Source: Coniocarpon cinnabarinum | Lineage: Eukaryota | Length of the DNA: 45,887 bases | Direction: 5' to 3' | Assembly: GCA_051942205.1 (NCBI GenBank) | Contig: JAVECO010000179.1 | Span: forward strand, 1-45,887 | Part shown: piece by piece, positions 37,817-45,887 of the stretch | Position numbering within the stretch: the first letter of the stretch is position 1 | Layout of the letters: each line of letters opens with the position of its first letter | Program-made: the position numbers and the translations under genes | The notes under the pieces: model-generated | The model's database searches: none | What the model saw: the letters and a program-made list of their open reading frames with translations, nothing else | What the model was told of the DNA's origin: nothing

Positions 37817-39376
37817 CTACAATTCAACCGTGTGCTGCTGGGATAGATCATCTGCATAAATGGCGTATCGACCACTGTGCAAGCTGGGACATAATTCAGC
37901 GCGAGGGGACTGGGTGTAAGGGACTGGAACTTACTGCCAGTGCAGGTTGCCAGTGCAATTTGCTTGGCACGCACGTATCCACGACTGGATCGCGTGCAGT
38001 CTCTCTGAATCGTACTCAAACTTCATTTGAAGCTGGTCTGCTGCTCCATCAAAAGTTTCTTTAGCCTGGATGATGCGGCAATTTGCAGCGTCAATCGCCT
38101 CTTGAAGTGAAGACTTTGCAAGGTAAAGCAGGGGAATCATCGAATCACAGTCACCAGCGGCCTGAGTGGATTAGTATGTTGAACCAACAGAAAGTGGATG
38201 CAGCTGTCACTACCAGCTCTTTCTTCAAGGAGATTATATCATTGTGACTGCCAAACCGTTAGATACACTCAAAAATGCTGAGATGCCACAATGTACGAAG
38301 CCCAGGACCACTTACAGTGAAATGATGACATTGGCTTCGTGCCACATGGTATGTATGTTTTCGTCGCTCTGGACATCCGGCGCAATTGTGATTTCTTGAC
38401 AGTATCTATGTCGCGGTTAGCCAACATGTGAGTCTCCTGTTGACAGGCTTTGCTGACTCTAGGAGAGCAAGATGTACGCCAACTGCGCTTGTATTCATGC
38501 GAAGCGACATGTACTCGTCCGGATGTGGCAGCTCGTCACTCAGGCGTCTTCTTTGTTCATCTTCACAAGACCCGATATAATTTTGCAGTTCCCACCAAAG
38601 TCTCTCGCACTGCACTGCAACGCGGGTCAGGGCAAGGGGTCTGAATTGATCTGGAAAAATGAGATACTTGCATTGGGACGAGTGTGTTTGCACTTCTTCG
38701 CCCACTACGTCAAAGCTTGCAATGAAGGGGTGCAGCCCCTCGAAATTTGAGTTCGTGCTTGGTTGTCTCAAACAGTGTGCCAGGTATTCGAGTGTGTTTC
38801 GGCGGTATTTTTGAGCCACGTCAAATCTGAGCCCAAATTCTCCCTCATCCTCATCGATTTCTTTGACCTTATCAGTGTCGACAATGAGGGAGATCCATGC
38901 CATTGTGACTGACCATCGTCCCACAGGAAGACCTGCCGGAGTTAATAATTTATATTACAGCACAAAATAGGTGGCGTCCATGCACCGCATACCCAGATTA
39001 CCAAGAATGTCATCGTCTTCAAGGCCCTGCGATTTGCCCATGGGTACCATGACGCCCCGAACAACCCGAAATCCGCGGCTAGCAGCTTGCGAAGCTTCTT
39101 TGAATCTGCTTCATTTTGCTTGTGACCTATTACCAAACTACGATTCTGTCATTACAGCCTCCAAGAGAGTCAACGTATCAAGATGGGCAGATTTATTGCA
39201 GACCTTTCGAGTCGAGCTTTAACCTCACCACGCAACCAATCAACGTTTGGATTGATCGCAACGGGCCAATCTTTCAGAAGTGATACCAAGTCTGGCAAGA
39301 TGAACCTTTGTCCGGTGAGCTCGGCGACCAGCCTACGGCGGGATGAAGTATGGACATTTTGCCCTTCGAGAAACAT
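37817..39376 (-). CDS. Class I terpene cyclase, probably a sesquiterpene synthase (BcBOT2/presilphiperfolanol-synthase-like), about 9 exons
   Basis: After splicing: ILPDL...WPVAINP, ADFGLFGASWYPWA, aspartate-rich motif W|VFLWDD|EID (DDxxD), EYMSLRMNTSAV, NSE motif NDIISLKKE and C-terminal WHLHSGRY (WxxxxxRY). All catalytic motifs are intact. Confidence 0.92.
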
Positions 39377-40392
39377 GGTAGTTCGGTGCGTCCCAGCGAA
39401 GCACTACATGGAGAAGAACGATCACTACACAGAAAAGGTGAATGTCCTTAAAAGCCTCATGCCTTGCTGCTCCGAGGATCATCCTGATAACGATCCCGCT
39501 GGCGGTAGGGTGTCATTGATGACAGATGCACGAACGCGGCGGTGTTTGCACGATTCCGAATTCTTACAAGTGGCACCAGGCGGTAAGATGCAGATGATTT
39601 GCCCACGCGTTGTGACGAGCGGTATGTGTACACCCTGTGCATGTGACGCCTGCATGTTGGCGGCACTTGGAGGATTCGCCGACTGTGATCTCACCTCTGT
39701 GTGGTATGTTCTGAAGCGGAAGGCAGAAGATATGACACATTCAACTGAATGAGACCTCCGATTTGATAGGATGCAGGCAACGTGATTGCAAAGGTCACTG
39801 CAGGCGACTGTCTCGGTAGAGCGGGAACATGTCTACCGCCAGCGCAAGGGGAGCAGAGATGCTGACAGTAATGGTGGAGTGGGCGCAGTGAGGAGGAGAT
39901 TGCCAGCTCCACGGTCAACTCCGCCGCACGTGACTGCAGATCGCATGGCCCGTGCTTCCTCTATCCCCGAAACTCCGAAGTACTTTTGACGACAGTGATT
40001 GTTGATCTGTATTCTGTCCTGCTTGAGTGACGATCCGCATACGCCGCATGCGATCCACAGCGGCGCCCAGTATGGCGAAACTCCACACTCATCTGCGTCC
40101 TGAGGAGTGCGGCGTATCCACCTGCTCGCGTTGGGAGTTGCCATCATTCCCCCCTGCGATGGTGAAGATCGATGCTGGGTCTGCTGGCCAGTCGCATCTG
40201 CCCGTGTCTGCGTTACCTCTGGGCAAGTAGCGATGTATCTTCAGTGCTCCGAGGCGCAATGTAGGGTACGCGTCGAGCTCAACACCTTCCGTCATTCTTG
40301 ACCTTGGGTCGCAGTACTTACATGTTGTGCAATTCAGTGCCAAAATTACACCCAACAGCCAATTGTCTCTCTTTAGAAAAAGCTGTACCTCA

Positions 40393-42088
40393 ATGGCCTC
40401 GAAAGACAGCTTTGACTATATAATTGTTGGCGGCGGCCAAGCTGGTTGTGTCGTTGCGTCCCGCCTTAACCGTGCGCTTCCCCAATGCACCGTTGCCCTT
40501 CTTGAGGCAGGACCCGACGCGCACAAGAACGAGCTTGTCCTGAGTCCGCTGGGCTGTCCCAAGCTGCACAACACTGAATTGGAATGGAACTACATGACAG
40601 CACCGCAAAGCAGCTTGGATGATCGTAAAATATACCAGTGCAGCGGCAAGCTCCTCTCCGGCTCTTCAGGTGTGAATTACGGTGCGTGGGTACGTGGTCA
40701 TGCGACGGATTTCGACGAGTGGGGGAGGATGGTTGGCGACGAAAGATGGAGCTACAAAGGCCAGCTGCCATATTTCAAGAAGACAGAGACACACCACAGG
40801 TCGCATGAGGACACAGCGAACCCTGAGGAACACGGCTTCGAGGGTCCGATTCATACCACAGCCGCCTTACTTTATCCCATGGGAGAAATAGTTAGGGACA
40901 TGTTCTTAGAGAATGGTGTCAGGCATATCGCCGATGCGAACAGCGGGCAGCCTCTGGGTCTTGCGCGTTGGACCAACAATTGGCACAATTATACAAGGCA
41001 GCCTGCTGGCCAAGCGTACGGTCTTTCCAGTGTTCACGTCTTAACGAGCTCGTTGGTCCAAGCCATTACAGTAGTTAAAGACGGTACGAAAACCGTTGCC
41101 AAAGGCGTCAATCTCGCTGACGGCCAACAACTCTACGCCAAACGAGAAGTCATCGTCTGCGCTGGTGCTTTGCGAACTCCACAGATCCTCATGCTCTCGG
41201 GCATCGGTGACTCGACTGAGCTCATGCAACTAGGTATTGACCCAGTGGCACATTTGCCGCAAGTCGGCAGGAATCTGCACGATCATGGCGCAATCATGCT
41301 CTACTGGAAACTAAGATATCCCGAGAAAAATCTCGCAATTGGGTCGAGCGGTTTTCCACCGCTCAAGGTTGGACCAAGCGAATGGATCTTCACTGGCACG
41401 GCTCCTCGCGAGGCCCTTGAGAAAGCCGCAGCTAAAGATGGCACGTCGTCGCAGGCTCTCCCTCAATTGGACATTCCTCGCGCGCATTTCGAGATCACAA
41501 TTGGCTATGGCGCGACGGCGGTGCCACCTGGAATGCATGTTCCAGTTGATGGGTCGAGTATTACGACTGGACAGTCATGCTTTCAGCCAACATCACGAGG
41601 CGTAGTCTCACTGAGCTGCAAAGACCCTGCGGCGGACCCAATCATCGACCCACGATACTTCTCCACGGAGTGGGATCGCTGTATCGCCCGAGAGGCTATG
41701 CGCTTCTCAATGCGCATGATGAAAACGCCGACAGGTCAGCAGGAAGTAAAAGAGCAGTACCAAGCCGAAGGCATGCCGATTTCATTACAAAGCTCTGACG
41801 AGGAGCTGAATCGGCGTTTGAGAGCGCATGCTATGTCTTGGTACCATCCTGGTGGCACCGCCGCAATGGGATCAGTGGTGGACACCGATCTCAGGGTGAA
41901 GGGTGTGTCCAATTTGCGGGTAGTCGATGCAAGCGTTATTCCCAAGCCGATCGGAACCCATTACCAAGGTCAGTCCCCCTCCTAGCACGTTTGCTCGAAA
42001 ACGAATCTTGACTAACGGATGAGTTGCAGCACCTGTATACGCGCTTGCGGAACAAGCCGCTGAGATGATTGCCGCTGCTGCGATGTAA
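40393..42088 (+). CDS. GMC oxidoreductase (glucose/choline dehydrogenase-like), no signal peptide, 2 exons
   Basis: FDYIIVGGGQAGCVVASRL, GKLLSGSSGVNYGAW, REVIVCAGALRTPQILMLSGIG, VGRNLHDH, WYHPGGTAAMG and LRVVDASVIP...HYQ|APVYALAEQAA. Confidence 0.93.
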
Positions 42089-43689
42089 TCCAGCGTGCAT
42101 GCGAGCAACATGGTGCCAGAAGCAATCAAAGACTGAGTAGGACGTGTTTACTAGGTGGTTCTCTGAACGTCCGCGGTGCAAGATGCAGCATATCCGCAAG
42201 ACGAATAGGTTACGCAGTACCGGTAACCATTTATGAGAGGCCTGCTTGACGGATTCTGTCCTGTCTTGTCCAGCAAGCATTGGCCATATATGCTGATTTC
42301 AGAGCGCGCCAACGACATGCACCCGTACGAGTGTTTGCTGTTCTTCATCTTTGTGGAGCGATTTCGTTAGACCTTGCGAGTAGACTGTTAGTCATAACTC
42401 CTCTTAGGACCTGTTAGAATCCTGCCATATCGCAATGGATCGTTGTCGTCAGCGCTGTCGCTGTTTCCGCTGTTAGCAGTGCGGTCAGCACTATCGTTGC
42501 TGTAGTCTATGAGTGGGCGGCGGTGACGTTAGCGGCGATACACTAGTAGTGTTTGTCAATGATCCTTCGCACTACATTTCTACCGATCATAACAATTGGT
42601 AATCGATAATCATTACCGCAGACCCGCTCTATCAATACGTAGAGTATCATCTCAACAATCGAGCTGCTTGTGGACTGTGTGCATAGTCTGGTGGAATTCA
42701 GCAGGTGAGGATAAAGTCTGTGGCGTCAAGCTCGTAGAAAAAAAGGAAAAAAAAGCAGCCTACCCCGCCTAAACATATGGTGAAGTTTCGAAGCGGCTTG
42801 AGAGTAACAAAGGTATCTGTTCAGAGATCGAGCTGCTCGTGGGTTGTGTATACACTCCTGTGGGATCGAGCGATGCCGGACGAATGCAACAACGCCCCGC
42901 ACAGCAATCAATACCAAGGGCTGTACATTATCCTACCGAAATCAGCAAGCGCCACTCAAAGCGGATCAAAAGTCTAGTGTTGGGAAATGTGGCGCAAATA
43001 CTACAGCGCAAATATTACGATATTGTCTTGTATCTTTGAGTCGTTGTTGTGACGAAATAACGACTACATTTTTGCTAGAGTGGTCTACTTGTAAGATGTG
43101 TAGAGCCTTGTTTTTGTTTTTACATTTGTAGGCTCGAGCCATGCCTAAGCTTCCAAATCCACCCGCATGTGCCATATAGTGTAGGGAGACAAACAATAAG
43201 TATCTTGTCGCTCGTGATAGTCCGGCATCAGAACAGCCCATCACTTATCAATCGCAATTTTGGCAATTGAATAGTCCACTTAAGCTCCTTGCGGGTTGTC
43301 AAACTTACCAATCCACACTTCATCTCGTCTTTATCGTGGATACAGGGGACCGATTGGGGTAGCGGACGGTGTTCAAGTTGATACTGGGAGTGGTACTGCA
43401 GGGTATGTGCCGGTGGCTGTGCAGCCTAGTCTTCTCTCATTGAAGAGGTTTCTCGCTCAAAATGGCGCTCGTAAGTCTGACAATGTCTTTTGTCTGACTC
43501 ACAGAGAAGCACTTTCTGCATCTCAATTCAGCATCTAATGAGGTGCAAGTGGTCTTTGCCATTGTACTAAGAGCTTTGTAGCGGAAGATATGCTCATCGT
43601 GCAGGCTCGCTCGTGCCGTTGTTGGAAAATTCGGTGGTTGTGAGTCACGTGACATAATTACTGTATATAGAAGGTAATAAGGCACCCCT

Positions 43690-45887
43690 ATCCCTAGAGG
43701 TCCTTAGACTTCTTGCTACTTAATAGATAGTTAACTAATTAATAATTATTACTATATCTTTATTTAGATAGTTATAAGCCTAGAGTTATATCTATAGTAT
43801 AGTAATAACTTCTAGTAATATTAATATATAATAACTTATAAAAATAACTACTTAGTAAAACTTTTTACTAAAAATTTTTCTAACTATATGTAACGCCTAC
43901 GTGGGAACCTCTACCTAGGGTTAGCCTAGCAGAGTAGAGTCCGCTTTATAGCGAAGGCTTTAGGCTAATAAGGTAAGTTACAGAGAATAGTACTAATAGG
44001 TATAGTAGATAGGAGAATAACTAATATATATATTATATAGCTTTAGGCAAAGAATATCTAGTAGGTAGCACATCTACTTAAAAAAGTACTAGTATATTAT
44101 AACTATTAAGTAATTAAGTTATAAGTCTTAACTATAAGTTAGGTTAAATCTAAATTAAAATAATATTAAACTTAAGAGAGGTAGGTTTACTATCTAGCTA
44201 TATAGACTAAGGTATAAATAAATATACTATAGTTCTATCTACTCTATTGCCCTTATTACTTAGAGGTAATAGAGTTAATAGAAGTCTATATAACCTATAT
44301 ATTTATAGCCCTATAGATAGACGCGTCCTAATATATTAGGGTCTAGTATATTAGTATTCTTTAATATAGGTATATGTAATCCTTATACTACTAATAGGGT
44401 ATAGCGTAATATTAGCCTCTCTATAGGTTGTTTGTCTTAAATAACTAAGGCGTAGTATATAAATAGTTATTACTACTATATCTATACTAGTAAGCTATTA
44501 TACCTTCTTATAAGAATACTACTAATAGTATTATATAAAGTAGTTATATTTTAAAGGTTATTAAAGAACCTTATAAACCTCTTCCGCCTATTATCCTTAA
44601 ATGTACCCTAAAATAATCTTAATAAATAGGTAAGCTAATTATTAATAATATACCTCTATACTTAAATTATAAATTAAAAAACTAGTTCTATTAGTATGTC
44701 GCTTGTAAGGCTACTTGTAAGCCCTACAAAAATAGTTATCTAGAATATAATATTTATATAATAGATATAGATAGTATATATATCGTCTAGCTAGGCTGTA
44801 CGTTAGTTACTAATATAGTTCCTTAGTAAACTTCCTAGCTACTTGTTAAGATAAGATTACTAAGTAGCGTTGTAATATTAAAGAGAAAGAGAGGTTAGAG
44901 GATAAGCGTTATATAAAAAAGAAGCTTAACCTACTTTATTAGAAGAATATACTAGATTAGAAATAATCTAATCTTAATTAGGATAGTATAAGTTATATAA
45001 GATATAACTATCTATTAGAGGTTAAAAAGAATCTAGCTTATTAGAAAGAGGTTATTTAGGTGTCTAGTAGTAGTCTTAGCTTTATAGCTAAGAGTACTAC
45101 TATTAAAGATTTAAATACTATAATTAGTACTAGTATAATAAGTCTTAGTAGTAGTTTAGGTTTTTAATTAGTTTTTAAGTATTTTTACTATTTAGCTATT
45201 CTTTTTACTTAATAAGGTATCTTAGTTATCTCTATAAGGTTTAGTAATTAAGTATTAACTTAACCTTATATTCTAGTTATTAAGTATCTTTATTTAAAAG
45301 AATAGGTCCTTATATAGAGATATCTAGTACTAGTTCTAATAGTAAAATATAGAATATTAGGTAGATCTTTATAGTTATTAGAAGTCTAAGCTTAAATATA
45401 ACTAGTCCTAGTTTCTTATTAATTTTAAAAGGTCCTAGTTTAGTATAATCTAATTTATTACTAGATCTTTAGGTCTTAATATTTTTTCTTTAAAGGTAAA
45501 TACTATCCTTCTCTTTAAGATCTAGTCCCTTAGATCTAAGGTTATTTACTTATATAGTTATACGCTTATTAGTAATTTTATAGTTAAGGTAAAGCTATTT
45601 ATATAGATCTTATAACTCTTTTATAAAGATTTTAATAGCTTAAGTAAGCTTATCTTTTACTATATATAGGTTTATTAAGTTTAGTTAGACTCTATAAATT
45701 AAAAAGAATAGTAATTCTTTTATTATCTTAGATACTACTAAGTTATAGATAAATTAGGCTAATAGTAGTAGTAACACCTAATTATCTTATTTATAATTTA
45801 TATATTTTTAAAGAAATTCTTTAAGTATCTAGTTTATTTGCTCTATTTATCTATTAGTTTAAGAGTAGAATAATATACTTAATTTTT
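43690..45887 (-). mobile_element. RIP-degenerated AT-rich block containing the pol 3' region (integrase plus chromodomain) of a Ty3/Gypsy chromovirus; runs off the window
   Basis: Minus-strand relics: integrase core (~45670-45880), LKEKDSIYL*RKNIKT*RSSNKLDYTKLGPFKI (GPF motif, ~45420-45520), IYLIFYILLLE (from HPVFHISLLE) and RYLIK*KE*LNSKNT*KLIKNL (chromodomain YLIKWKGW...NTWE with TGG>TAA, ~45160-45225). Strong TpA excess and CpA/TpG loss. Possible LTR terminus TGTAAC at 43889. Confidence 0.9.

Noticed and set aside
43461..43570. ATGGCGCTC followed by GTAAGT...CTGAC...CAG, resembling a gene start next to the RIP block
   Set aside because: The intron would be only ~34 nt and the spliced frame closes after ~25 codons; not supportable.
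21236..43655. CACGTG E-boxes near several cluster genes as a shared regulatory motif
   Set aside because: The roughly ten copies I noticed across the window are about what chance predicts for a 6-mer, and some lie inside coding sequence.

Overview
Intron-rich genomic DNA from a filamentous ascomycete (Pezizomycotina) with clear RIP activity. The left part (1-16.3 kb) holds housekeeping-type genes: an OSCA/TMEM63 channel, a zinc-type MDR oxidoreductase, adh1, a DUF92/TMEM19 protein, an OTU deubiquitinase and a BTB-like protein. Two unexplained degenerate non-coding tandem arrays flank the OTU gene: ~150-bp units at ~10.1-11.0 kb, and ~95-120-bp units each carrying an AGRCGC-N6-GCGYCT dyad at ~13.8-15.0 kb. 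From ~17 to 42 kb lies an apparent terpenoid (probably sesquiterpenoid) gene cluster. It contains an intact class I terpene cyclase, three P450s (one with an in-frame TAG), a secreted and a cytosolic GMC oxidoreductase, an atypical ERG26-like SDR, two PTH11-like membrane proteins and a cryptic F-box-like gene. A MITE-like element with a telomere-like core sits at ~19.0-19.4 kb. The window ends in a heavily RIP-mutated chromodomain-type Ty3/Gypsy retrotransposon. Gene models were spliced by eye, and family calls rest on motif recognition, not on database searches.
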